Shown one piece after another: positions 39,662 through 52,965 of a stretch of 64,000 bases of DNA. The translations under genes and the position numbers were made by a program. Origin of the DNA: Eledone cirrhosa (lineage: Eukaryota); the NCBI GenBank assembly GCA_964016885.1, contig OZ024757.1, positions 42,718,001 to 42,782,000 of the forward strand. The letters run 5' to 3'. Each line of letters opens with the position of its first letter. The stretch's first letter is position 1. The notes under the pieces are model-generated. The model worked only from the letters and a program-made list of their open reading frames with translations, had not been told where the DNA came from and did not search any database.

Positions 39662-40255
39662 ATGACTTTTTGGCCATTTTAAGCCTTTATGTTGCCATAT
39701 TTAGCCATTTTTGAGTCATTTTAGTAATTTATGATGCAGTTTTTACCATTTTAGAGCCATTTATAGTCATTTTAGACGTTTCAGTCGTGTTAGAGTCATT
39801 CTAGTCAATTATGATACGGTTTTAGCATTTTAGTCGTTGATGATGACGTTTTAGTCATTTATGATGCAGTTTCAGCCATTCTGTTGTAATATGGCAACAT
39901 AAATGATTAAATGGCCCTAAAATGGCTAAAACAGCATCATATTTGACAAAAATGACTCGTAAATGAGTAAAACGGTATCGTAAATGACTAAAATAACTCT
40001 AGAAAGGCTACTACAACATCATAAATGATTAAAATGACTCTAAAACGACTAAAACGTCTAAAATGACAAAAATGGCTTTAATATAGCTTAAACTGCATCT
40101 TAAATGACTAAAACTACTAAGATGACTCCGAAATGGCTAAAAAAAACATCATAAATGGCTAAAATGACACTAAAGTGGCTAAAACGGACTGTTAAATTGC
40201 TAAATTGTCTCTAAAATGGCTAAAACGTCTTCATAAATAAATAAAATGGCTAAAA
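39662..40255. repeat. AT-rich island 5 (594 bp, long type a)
   Basis: Extra 22-bp A-run/CATCATAAATGGCT segment; markers TTTTTGGCC, GGTATCGT, CTACAACATC, ACTAAGATG. Confidence 0.96.
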
Positions 40256-43200
40256 CGTGGGTGCCGGACCGTAGTGCGCATGCGCCAAGGCCGCCGGACC
40301 GTAATGCGCATGCGCCAAGGCCGCCGGACCGTAGTGCGCATGCGCCAAGACCGACTGACTGTACTGCGCATGTGTCATCGTCGCAGTACCGCACTGCGCA
40401 TGCGGTAAGGCCGCCGGACCGTACTGCGCATGCGCCAAGGCCGCCGGACCGTAGTGCGCAGGCGCCAAGGCCGCCAGACCGTAGTGCGCATGCACCAAGG
40501 CCGCCTGAGTGTACTGCGCATGCATCAAGGTCCCAGTACCGCACTGCGCATGCGCAAAGGCCGCCGGACAGTAGTGCGCATGCGCCAGAGCCGCCGAACC
40601 GTAGTGCGCATGCGCCAAGGCCGCCGGACCGTAGTGCGCATGGGCCAAAGCCGCCCGACCGTACTGCGCATGCGCTAAGTCCATAGTACCGTACTGCGCA
40701 TGCTACAAGGCCGCAGTACCGTACTGCGCATGCGACAAGGCCGCAGTACCGTAGTGCGCATGCGCCAAGGCCACCGGACCGTAGTGCGCATGAGCCAAGG
40801 CCGCCGGACCGTACTGCGCATGCGCCAAGCCCGCCGGACCGTAGTGCGCATGCGCCAGAGCCGCCGAACCGTGGTGCACATGCGCCAAGCCCGCCGGACC
40901 GTAGTGCGCATGCGCCAAGGCCGCCAGACCATACACCGCATGCGCCAAGGCCGCCGGACCATACTCCGCATGCGCCAAGGCCGCCGGACCGTTGTGCGCA
41001 TGCGCCAAGGCCGCCTGACGACTGCGCATGCGTCAAGGTCGCAATACCGAACTGCGCATGCGCTAAGGCCGGCGGACCGTAGTGCGCATTCGCCAAGGCC
41101 GCCGGACCGTAGTGCGCATTCGCCAAGGCCGCCGGACCGTAGTGCGCATGCGCCAAGGCCGCCGGACCGTAGTGCGCATGCGCCAAGGCCGCCTAACTGT
41201 ACTGCGCATGCGTCAAGGTCGCAGTACCGAACTGCGCATGCGCTAAGGCCGCCGGACCGTACTGCGCATGCGCCAAGGCCGCCGGACCGTAGTGCGCATG
41301 CGCCAAAGCCGCCGAACCGTAGTGCGCATGCGCCAAGGTCGCCGGACCTGACTGCGCATGCGCCGCGGCCGCCGGACCGTACTGCGCATGCCCCAAGGCC
41401 GCCTGGTTGTACTGCGCATGCCCCAAGGCTGCCTGGTTGTACTGCTAATGCCCCAAGGCCGCCCGACCGTAGTGCGCATGCGCCAAGGCCGCCTGACCGT
41501 AGTGCGCATGCGCCAAGGCCGCCGGACCGTAGTGCGCATGCGTCAAGGTCGCAGTACCGAACTGCGCATGCGCTAAGGCCGCCGGACCGAACTGCGTATG
41601 GGCTAAGGCCGCCGGACCGTACTGCGCATGCGCCAAAGCCGCCGGACCGTAGTGCGCATGCGTCAAGGTCGCAGTACCGAACTGCGCATGCGCTAAGGCC
41701 GCCGGACCGTACTGCGCATGCGCCAAGGCCGCCGGACCGTACTGCGCATACCCCAAGGCCGCCTGGTTGTACTGCGCATGCCCCAAGGCCGCCCGACCGT
41801 AGTGCGCATGCGCCAAAGCCGCCGAACCGTAGTGCGCATGCGCCAAGGCCGCCTAACTGTACTGCGCATGCGTCAAGGTCGCAGTACCGAACTGCGCATG
41901 CGCCAAGGCCGCCGGACCGTACTGCGAATGCGCCAAGGCCGCCGGACCGTAGTGCGCATGCGCCAAAGCCGCCGAACCGTAGTGCGCATGCGCCAAGGCC
42001 GCCGGACCATACTGCGCACGCATGCGCCGCGGCCGCAGGACCGTAGTGCGCATGCGCCAAGGCCGCCTGGTTGTACTGCGCATGCGCCAAGGCCGCCGGA
42101 CCGTAGTGCGCATGCGCCAAGGCCGCCTGACTGTACTGCGCATGCGTCAAGGCCGCAGTACCGAACTGCGTATGGGCTAAGGCCGCCGGACCGTACTGCG
42201 CATGCGCCAAGGCCGCCGGACCGTAGTGCGCATGCGCCAAGGCCGCCGGACCATACTGCGCATGCGCCAAGGCCGCCGGACCGTAGTGCGCATGCGCCAA
42301 GGCCGCCTAACTGTACTGCGCATGCGTCAAGGTCGCAGTACCGTACTGCGCATGCGCCAAGGCCGCCGAACCGTACTGCGCATGCGCCAAGGCCGCCGAA
42401 CCGTACTGCGCATGCGCCAAGGCCGCCGAACCGTACTGCGCATGCGCCAAAGCCGCCGAACCGTAGTGCGCATGCGCCAAAGCCGCTGGACCGTAGTGCG
42501 CATGCGCCAAGGCCACTGGACCGTACTGCGCATGTACCAAGGCCGCCGTCGTAGTGCTCATGCGCCAAGGCCGCCGGAACTTTGTGCGCATGCGCCAAGG
42601 CCGCCGGACCGTAGTGCGCATGCGCCAAGGCCGCCGGACCATAGTGCGCATGCGCCAAGGCCGCCGGAGCATACTGCGCATGCGCCAAGGCCACCGGACC
42701 GTAGTGCGCATGAGCCAAGGCCGCCGGACCGTAGTGCGCATGCGCCAAGGCCACCGGACCGTAGTGCGCATGAGCCAAGGCCGCCGGACCGTAGTGCGCA
42801 TGCGCCAGAGCCGCCGAACCGTGGTGCACATGCGCCAAGCCCGTCGGACCGTAGTGCGCATGCGCCAAGCCCGCCGGACCGTAGTGCGCATGCGCCAAGG
42901 CCGCCTGACTGTACTGCGCATGCGTCAAGGTCCCAGTACCGAACTGCGCATGCGCTAAGGCCACCGGACCGTACTGCGCATGCGCCAAGGCCGCCGGACC
43001 GTTGTGCGCATGCGCCAGAGCCGCCGAACCGTGGTGTGCATGCGCCAAGGCCGCCGGACCATACTGCGCATGCGCCAAAGCCGCCTGACTGTACTGCGCA
43101 TGCGCCAAGGCCGCCTGACTGTACTGCGCATGCGACAAGGCCGCCGGACCGTAGTGCGCATGCGCCCAAGCCGCCGGACCATACTGCGCATGCGCCAAGG

Positions 43201-43880
43201 CCGCCGGACCGTAGTGCGCATGCGTCAAGGCCGCAGTACCGAACTGCGCATGCGCTAAGGCCGCAGTACCGAACTGCGCATGCGCCAAGGCCGCCGGACC
43301 GTACTGCGCATGCGCCAAGGACGCCGGACCGTAGTGCGCATGCGCCAAAGACGCCGGACCGTAGTGCGCATGCGCCAAAGACGCCGAACAGTCGTGCGCA
43401 TGCGCCAAGGCCGCTGAACCGTACTGCGCATGCCCCAAAGCCGCCGACCCGTAGTGCGCATGCACCAAGGCCACCGGACCGTACTGCGCATGCTCTAAGA
43501 CCGTCGGACCGTAGTGCGCATGCCCCAAGACCGTCGGACCGTAGTGCGCATGCCCCAAGGCCGTCGGACCGTAGTGCGCATGCGCCAAGGCCGCCAGACC
43601 GTAGTGCGCATACGCCAAGGCCGCCGAACCGTACTGCGCATGCGCCAAGGCCGCCGAACCGTACTGCGCATGCGCCAAGGCCGCCGAACCGTACTGCGCA
43701 TGCGCCAAGGCCGCCGAACCGTACTGCGCATGCGCCAAGGCCGCCGAACCGTACTGCGCATGCGCCAAAGCCGCTGGACCGTAGTGCGCATGCGCCAAGG
43801 CCACTGGACCGTACTGCGCATGTACCAAGGCCGCCGTCGTAGTGCGCATGCGCCAATGCCGCCGGACCTTTGTGCGCATG

Positions 43881-44877
43881 CGGTACGGTGGCCTTGGCGC
43901 ATGCGCACTAAGGTCTAACGGCATTGGCGCATGCGCACTACGGTTCGGCGGCTTTGACGCACACGGACTACGTTCCGTCAGATTTGGCGCACGCACACTA
44001 CGGTCCGGCGGTCTTGGCGCATGCGCACTACGGTCCGGCGACCATGCCGCATGCGCACTACGTTCCGGTGGCCTTGGCACATGCGCAGTACGGTCCGGCG
44101 GCTTTTGCGCATGCGCACTACGGTCTGGCAGCCTTGGCGCATGCGCACTACGGTCCAGCGGCCTTGGCGCATGCGCACTACGTTCCGGTGGCCTTGGCGC
44201 ATGCGCAGTACGGTCCAGTGGCCTTGGCGCATGCGTAGTAAGGTCCGGCGCCCTTAGCGCATGCGCAGTACGGTCCGGCAGCCTTGGCGCATGCGCACTA
44301 AGGGCCAGCGGTCTTTGCGCATGCGCACAACGGTCCGGTGGCCTTGGCGCATGCGCACTACGGTCCGGTGGCCTTGGCGCATGCGCACTACGGTCCGGCG
44401 GCCTTGGCGCATGCGCACTAAGGTCCGGCGGCTTTGGTGCATGCGCACTACGGTCTGGCATCATTGGCGCATGCGCACTACGGTCCGGCGGCCTTGGCGC
44501 ATGCGCAGTACGGCTGGCAACCTTGGCGTATGCGCACTACGGTCTGTCGGCCTTGGCGCATGCGCACTACTGTCCGGCGGCCTTGGCGTATGCGCAGTAC
44601 GGTCCAGCGGCCTTGGCGCATGCGCAGTACGGTCCAGCGGCCTTGGCGCATGCGCACTACGGTTCGGCGGCCTTGGCGCATGCGCACTACGGTTCGGCGG
44701 CCTTGGCGCATGCGTACAACGGTCCGGCGGCCTTGGCGCATGCGCACTACGGTCTGGCAGCATTGGCGCAGGCGCACTAAGGTCCGGCGGCCTTGGCGCA
44801 TGCGCACTACGGTCCGACGTCCTTGGCGCATGCGCACTACGGTCCGACGTCCTTGGCGCATGTGCAGTACGGTCCGG
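43881..44877 (-). repeat. Inverted 30-mer arm preceding island 6
   Basis: Reverse-complement monomers, same junction sequence. Confidence 0.95.
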
Positions 44878-45472
44878 ATGACTTTTTGGCCATTTTAAGC
44901 CTTTATGTTGCCATATTTAGCCATTTTTGAGTCATTTTAGTAATTTATGATGCAGTTTTTACCATTTTAGAGCCATTTATAGTCATTTTAGACGTTTCAG
45001 TCGTGTTAGAGTCATTCTAGTCAATTATGATACGGTTTTAGCATTTTAGTCGTTGATGATGACGTTTTAGTCATTTATGATGCAGTTTCAGCCATTCTGT
45101 TGTAATATGGCAACATAAATGATTAAATGGCCCTAAAATGGCTAAAACAGCATCATATTTGACAAAAATGACTCGTAAATGAGTAAAACGGTATCGTAAA
45201 TGACTAAAATAACTCTAGAAAGGCTACTACAGCATCATAAATGATTAAAATGACTCTAAAACGACTAAAACGTCTAAAATGACAAAAATGGCTTTAATAT
45301 AGCTTAAACTGCATCTTAAATGACTAAAACTACTAAAATGACTCCGAAATGGCTAAAAAAAAACATCATAAATGGCTAAAATGACACTAATGTGGCTAAA
45401 ACGGACTGTTAAATTGCTAAATTGTCTCAAAAATGGCTAAAACGTCTTCATAAATAAATAAAATGGCTAAAA
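44878..45472. repeat. AT-rich island 6 (595 bp, long type b)
   Basis: Long type with one more A in the A-run; markers CTACAGCATC, ACTAAAATG. Confidence 0.96.
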
Positions 45473-46337
45473 CGTGGGTGCCGGACCGTAGTGCGCATGC
45501 GCCAAGGCCACCGGACCATACTGCGCATGCGCCAAAGCCGCCTGACTGTACTGCGCATGCGCCAAGGCCGCCTGACTGTACTGCGCATGCGACAAGGCCG
45601 CCGGACCGTAGTGCGCATGCGCCCAAGCCGCCGGACCATACTGCGCATGCGCCAAGGCCGCCGGACCGTAGTGCGCATGCGTCAAGGCCGCAGTACCGAA
45701 CTGCGCATGCGCTAAGGCCGCAGTACCGAACTGCGCATGCGCTAAGGCCGCAGTACCGAACTGCGCATGCGCCAAGGCCGCCGGACCGTACTGGGCATGA
45801 GCCAAGGACGCCGGACCGTAGTGCGCAGGCGCCAAAGACGCCGGACCGTAGTGCGCATGCGCCAAAGACGCCGAACAGTCGTGCCCATGCGCCAAGACCG
45901 CCGGACCGTACTGCGCATGCGCCAAGGCCGCTGAACCGTACTGCGCATGCCCCAAAGCCGCCGACCCGTAGTGCGCATGCACCAAGGCCACCGGACCGTA
46001 CTGCGCATGCTCTAAGACCGTCGGACCGTAGTGCGCATGCCCCAAGGCCGTCGGACCGTAGTGCGCATGCGCCAATGCCGCCAGACCGTAGTGCGCATAC
46101 GCCAAGGCCGCCGAACCGTACTGCGCATGCGCCAAGGCCGCCGAACCGTACTGCGCATGCGCCAAGGCCGCCGAACCGTACTGCGCATGCGCCAAGGCCG
46201 CCGAACCGTACTGCGCATGCGCCAAAGCCGCTGGACCGTAGTGCGCATGCGCCAAGGCCACTGGACCGTACTGCGCATGTACCAAGGCCGCCGTCGTAGT
46301 GCGCATGCGCCAATGCCGCCGGACCTTTGTGCGCATG

Positions 46338-47154
46338 CGGTACGGTGGCCTTGGCGCATGCGCACTAAGGTCTAACGGCCTTGGCGCATGCGCACTACGG
46401 TTCGGCGGCTTTGACGCACACGGACTACGTTCCGTCAGATTTGGCGCACGCACACTACGGTCCGGCGGTCTTGGCGCATGCGCACTACGGTCCGGCGACC
46501 ACGCCGCATGCGCACTACGTTCCGGTGGCCTTGGCGCATGCGCAGTACGGTCCAGTGGCCTTGGCGCATGCGTAGTAAGGTCCGGCGCCCTTAGCGCATG
46601 CGCAGTACGGTCCGGCAGCCTTGGCGCATGCGCACTAAGGGCCAGCGGTCTTTGCGCATGCGCACAACGGTCCGGTGGCCTTGGCGCATGCGCACTACGG
46701 TCCGGCGGCCTTGGCGCATGCGCACTAAGGTCCGGCGGCTTTGGTGCATGCGCACTACGGTCTGGCATCATTGGCGCATGCGCACTACGGTCCGGCGGCC
46801 TTGGCGCATGCGCAGTACGGCTGGCAACCTTGGCGTATGCGCACTACGGTCTGTCGGCCTTGGCGCATGCGCACTACTGTCCGGCGGCCTTGGCGTATGC
46901 GCAGTACGGTCCAGCGGCCTTGGCGCATGCGCACTACGGTTCGGCGGCCTTGGCGCATGCGCACTACGGTTCGGCGGCCTTGGCGCATGCGTACAACGGT
47001 CCGGCGGCCTTGGCGCATGCGCACTACGGTCTGGCAGCATTTGCGCATGCGCACTAAGGTCCGGCGGCCTTGGCGCATGCGCACTACGGTCCGACGTCCT
47101 TGGCGCATGCGCACTACGGTCCGACGTCCTTGGCGCATGTGCAGTACGGTCCGG
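46338..47154 (-). repeat. Inverted 30-mer arm preceding island 7
   Basis: Copy of 38845-39661 at +7,493. Confidence 0.95.
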
Positions 47155-47748
47155 ATGACTTTTTGGCCATTTTAAGCCTTTATGTTGCCATATTTAGCCA
47201 TTTTTGAGTCATTTTAGTAATTTATGATGCAGTTTTTACCATTTTAGAGCCATTTATAGTCATTTTAGACGTTTCAGTCGTGTTAGAGTCATTCTAGTCA
47301 ATTATGATACGGTTTTAGCATTTTAGTCGTTGATGATGACGTTTTAGTCATTTATGATGCAGTTTCAGCCATTCTGTTGTAATATGGCAACATAAATGAT
47401 TAAATGGCCCTAAAATGGCTAAAACAGCATCATATTTGACAAAAATGACTCGTAAATGAGTAAAACGGTATCGTAAATGACTAAAATAACTCTAGAAAGG
47501 CTACTACAACATCATAAATGATTAAAATGACTCTAAAACGACTAAAACGTCTAAAATGACAAAAATGGCTTTAATATAGCTTAAACTGCATCTTAAATGA
47601 CTAAAACTACTAAGATGACTCCGAAATGGCTAAAAAAAACATCATAAATGGCTAAAATGACACTAAAGTGGCTAAAACGGACTGTTAAATTGCTAAATTG
47701 TCTCTAAAATGGCTAAAACGTCTTCATAAATAAATAAAATGGCTAAAA
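47155..47748. repeat. AT-rich island 7 (594 bp, long type a)
   Basis: Copy of island 5. Confidence 0.96.
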
Positions 47749-50700
47749 CGTGGGTGCCGGACCGTAGTGCGCATGCGCCAAGGCCGCCGGACCGTAATGC
47801 GCATGCGCCAAGGCCGCCGGACCGTAGTGCGCATGCGCCAAGACCGACTGACTGTACTGCGCATGTGTCATCGTCGCAGTACCGCACTGCGCATGCGGTA
47901 AGGCCGCCGGACCGTACTGCGCATGCGCCAAGGCCGCCGGACCGTAGTGCGCAGGCGCCAAGGCCGCCAGACCGTAGTGCGCATGCACCAAGGCCGCCTG
48001 AGTGTACTGCGCATGCATCAAGGTCCCAGTACCGCACTGCGCATGCGCAAAGGCCGCCGGACAGTAGTGCGCATGCGCCAGAGCCGCCGAACCGTAGTGC
48101 GCATGCGCCAAGGCCGCCGGACCGTAGTGCGCATGGGCCAAAGCCGCCCGACCGTACTGCGCATGCGCTAAGTCCATAGTACCGTACTGCGCATGCTACA
48201 AGGCCGCAGTACCGTACTGCGCATGCGACAAGGCCGCAGTACCGTAGTGCGCATGCGCCAAGGCCACCGGACCGTAGTGCGCATGAGCCAAGGCCGCCGG
48301 ACCGTACTGCGCATGCGCCAAGCCCGCCGGACCGTAGTGCGCATGCGCCAGAGCCGCCGAACCGTGGTGCACATGCGCCAAGCCCGCCGGACCGTAGTGC
48401 GCATGCGCCAAGGCCGCCAGACCATACACCGCATGCGCCAAGGCCGCCGGACCATACTCCGCATGCGCCAAGGCCGCCGGACCGTTGTGCGCATGCGCCA
48501 AGGCCGCCTGACGACTGCGCATGCGTCAAGGTCGCAATACCGAACTGCGCATGCGCTAAGGCCGGCGGACCGTAGTGCGCATTCGCCAAGGCCGCCGGAC
48601 CGTAGTGCGCATTCGCCAAGGCCGCCGGACCGTAGTGCGCATGCGCCAAGGCCGCCGGACCGTAGTGCGCATGCGCCAAGGCCGCCTAACTGTACTGCGC
48701 ATGCGTCAAGGTCGCAGTACCGAACTGCGCATGCGCTAAGGCCGCCGGACCGTACTGCGCATGCGCCAAGGCCGCCGGACCGTAGTGCGCATGCGCCAAA
48801 GCCGCCGAACCGTAGTGCGCATGCGCCAAGGTCGCCGGACCTGACTGCGCATGCGCCGCGGCCGCCGGACCGTACTGCGCATGCCCCAAGGCCGCCTGGT
48901 TGTACTGCGCATGCCCCAAGGCTGCCTGGTTGTACTGCTAATGCCCCAAGGCCGCCCGACCGTAGTGCGCATGCGCCAAGGCCGCCTGACCGTAGTGCGC
49001 ATGCGCCAAGGCCGCCGGACCGTAGTGCGCATGCGTCAAGGTCGCAGTACCGAACTGCGCATGCGCTAAGGCCGCCGGACCGAACTGCGTATGGGCTAAG
49101 GCCGCCGGACCGTACTGCGCATGCGCCAAAGCCGCCGGACCGTAGTGCGCATGCGTCAAGGTCGCAGTACCGAACTGCGCATGCGCTAAGGCCGCCGGAC
49201 CGTACTGCGCATGCGCCAAGGCCGCCGGACCGTACTGCGCATACCCCAAGGCCGCCTGGTTGTACTGCGCATGCCCCAAGGCCGCCCGACCGTAGTGCGC
49301 ATGCGCCAAAGCCGCCGAACCGTAGTGCGCATGCGCCAAGGCCGCCTAACTGTACTGCGCATGCGTCAAGGTCGCAGTACCGAACTGCGCATGCGCCAAG
49401 GCCGCCGGACCGTACTGCGAATGCGCCAAGGCCGCCGGACCGTAGTGCGCATGCGCCAAAGCCGCCGAACCGTAGTGCGCATGCGCCAAGGCCGCCGGAC
49501 CATACTGCGCACGCATGCGCCGCGGCCGCAGGACCGTAGTGCGCATGCGCCAAGGCCGCCTGGTTGTACTGCGCATGCGCCAAGGCCGCCGGACCGTAGT
49601 GCGCATGCGCCAAGGCCGCCTGACTGTACTGCGCATGCGTCAAGGCCGCAGTACCGAACTGCGTATGGGCTAAGGCCGCCGGACCGTACTGCGCATGCGC
49701 CAAGGCCGCCGGACCGTAGTGCGCATGCGCCAAGGCCGCCGGACCATACTGCGCATGCGCCAAGGCCGCCGGACCGTAGTGCGCATGCGCCAAGGCCGCC
49801 TAACTGTACTGCGCATGCGTCAAGGTCGCAGTACCGTACTGCGCATGCGCCAAGGCCGCCGAACCGTACTGCGCATGCGCCAAGGCCGCCGAACCGTACT
49901 GCGCATGCGCCAAGGCCGCCGAACCGTACTGCGCATGCGCCAAAGCCGCCGAACCGTAGTGCGCATGCGCCAAAGCCGCTGGACCGTAGTGCGCATGCGC
50001 CAAGGCCACTGGACCGTACTGCGCATGTACCAAGGCCGCCGTCGTAGTGCGCATGCGCCAAGGCCGCCGGAACTTTGTGCGCATGCGCCAAGGCCGCCGG
50101 ACCGTAGTGCGCATGCGCCAAGGCCGCCGGACCATAGTGCGCATGCGCCAAGGCCGCCGGAGCATACTGCGCATGCGCCAAGGCCACCGGACCGTAGTGC
50201 GCATGAGCCAAGGCCGCCGGACCGTAGTGCGCATGCGCCAAGGCCACCGGACCGTAGTGCGCATGAGCCAAGGCCGCCGGACCGTAGTGCGCATGCGCCA
50301 GAGCCGCCGAACCGTGGTGCACATGCGCCAAGCCCGTCGGACCGTAGTGCGCATGCGCCAAGCCCGCCGGACCGTAGTGCGCATGCGCCAAGGCCGCCTG
50401 ACTGTACTGCGCATGCGTCAAGGTCCCAGTACCGAACTGCGCATGCGCTAAGGCCACCGGACCGTACTGCGCATGCGCCAAGGCCGCCGGACCGTTGTGC
50501 GCATGCGCCAGAGCCGCCGAACCGTGGTGTGCATGCGCCAAGGCCGCCGGACCATACTGCGCATGCGCCAAAGCCGCCTGACTGTACTGCGCATGCGCCA
50601 AGGCCGCCTGACTGTACTGCGCATGCGACAAGGCCGCCGGACCGTAGTGCGCATGCGCCCAAGCCGCCGGACCATACTGCGCATGCGCCAAGGCCGCCGG

Positions 50701-51373
50701 ACCGTAGTGCGCATGCGTCAAGGCCGCAGTACCGAACTGCGCATGCGCTAAGGCCGCAGTACCGAACTGCGCATGCGCCAAGGCCGCCGGACCGTACTGC
50801 GCATGCGCCAAGGACGCCGGACCGTAGTGCGCATGCGCCAAAGACGCCGGACCGTAGTGCGCATGCGCCAAAGACGCCGAACAGTCGTGCGCATGCGCCA
50901 AGGCCGCTGAACCGTACTGCGCATGCCCCAAAGCCGCCGACCCGTAGTGCGCATGCACCAAGGCCACCGGACCGTACTGCGCATGCTCTAAGACCGTCGG
51001 ACCGTAGTGCGCATGCCCCAAGACCGTCGGACCGTAGTGCGCATGCCCCAAGGCCGTCGGACCGTAGTGCGCATGCGCCAAGGCCGCCAGACCGTAGTGC
51101 GCATACGCCAAGGCCGCCGAACCGTACTGCGCATGCGCCAAGGCCGCCGAACCGTACTGCGCATGCGCCAAGGCCGCCGAACCGTACTGCGCATGCGCCA
51201 AGGCCGCCGAACCGTACTGCGCATGCGCCAAGGCCGCCGAACCGTACTGCGCATGCGCCAAAGCCGCTGGACCGTAGTGCGCATGCGCCAAGGCCACTGG
51301 ACCGTACTGCGCATGTACCAAGGCCGCCGTCGTAGTGCGCATGCGCCAATGCCGCCGGACCTTTGTGCGCATG

Positions 51374-52370
51374 CGGTACGGTGGCCTTGGCGCATGCGCA
51401 CTAAGGTCTAACGGCATTGGCGCATGCGCACTACGGTTCGGCGGCTTTGACGCACACGGACTACGTTCCGTCAGATTTGGCGCACGCACACTACGGTCCG
51501 GCGGTCTTGGCGCATGCGCACTACGGTCCGGCGACCATGCCGCATGCGCACTACGTTCCGGTGGCCTTGGCACATGCGCAGTACGGTCCGGCGGCTTTTG
51601 CGCATGCGCACTACGGTCTGGCAGCCTTGGCGCATGCGCACTACGGTCCAGCGGCCTTGGCGCATGCGCACTACGTTCCGGTGGCCTTGGCGCATGCGCA
51701 GTACGGTCCAGTGGCCTTGGCGCATGCGTAGTAAGGTCCGGCGCCCTTAGCGCATGCGCAGTACGGTCCGGCAGCCTTGGCGCATGCGCACTAAGGGCCA
51801 GCGGTCTTTGCGCATGCGCACAACGGTCCGGTGGCCTTGGCGCATGCGCACTACGGTCCGGTGGCCTTGGCGCATGCGCACTACGGTCCGGCGGCCTTGG
51901 CGCATGCGCACTAAGGTCCGGCGGCTTTGGTGCATGCGCACTACGGTCTGGCATCATTGGCGCATGCGCACTACGGTCCGGCGGCCTTGGCGCATGCGCA
52001 GTACGGCTGGCAACCTTGGCGTATGCGCACTACGGTCTGTCGGCCTTGGCGCATGCGCACTACTGTCCGGCGGCCTTGGCGTATGCGCAGTACGGTCCAG
52101 CGGCCTTGGCGCATGCGCAGTACGGTCCAGCGGCCTTGGCGCATGCGCACTACGGTTCGGCGGCCTTGGCGCATGCGCACTACGGTTCGGCGGCCTTGGC
52201 GCATGCGTACAACGGTCCGGCGGCCTTGGCGCATGCGCACTACGGTCTGGCAGCATTGGCGCAGGCGCACTAAGGTCCGGCGGCCTTGGCGCATGCGCAC
52301 TACGGTCCGACGTCCTTGGCGCATGCGCACTACGGTCCGACGTCCTTGGCGCATGTGCAGTACGGTCCGG
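51374..52370 (-). repeat. Inverted 30-mer arm preceding island 8
   Basis: Copy of 43881-44877 at +7,493. Confidence 0.95.
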
Positions 52371-52965
52371 ATGACTTTTTGGCCATTTTAAGCCTTTATG
52401 TTGCCATATTTAGCCATTTTTGAGTCATTTTAGTAATTTATGATGCAGTTTTTACCATTTTAGAGCCATTTATAGTCATTTTAGACGTTTCAGTCGTGTT
52501 AGAGTCATTCTAGTCAATTATGATACGGTTTTAGCATTTTAGTCGTTGATGATGACATTTTAGTCATTTATGATGCAGTTTCAGCCATTCTGTTGTAATA
52601 TGGCAACATAAATGATTAAATGGCCCTAAAATGGCTAAAACAGCATCATATTTGACAAAAATGACTCGTAAATGAGTAAAACGGTATCGTAAATGACTAA
52701 AATAACTCTAGAAAGGCTACTACAGCATCATAAATGATTAAAATGACTCTAAAACGACTAAAACGTCTAAAATGACAAAAATGGCTTTAATATAGCTTAA
52801 ACTGCATCTTAAATGACTAAAACTACTAAAATGACTCCGAAATGGCTAAAAAAAAACATCATAAATGGCTAAAATGACACTAAAGTGGCTAAAACGGACT
52901 GTTAAATTGCTAAATTGTCTCTAAAATGGCTAAAACGTCTTCATAAATAAATAAAATGGCTAAAA
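52371..52965. repeat. AT-rich island 8 (595 bp, long type b)
   Basis: Copy of island 6 with about three substitutions. Confidence 0.96.
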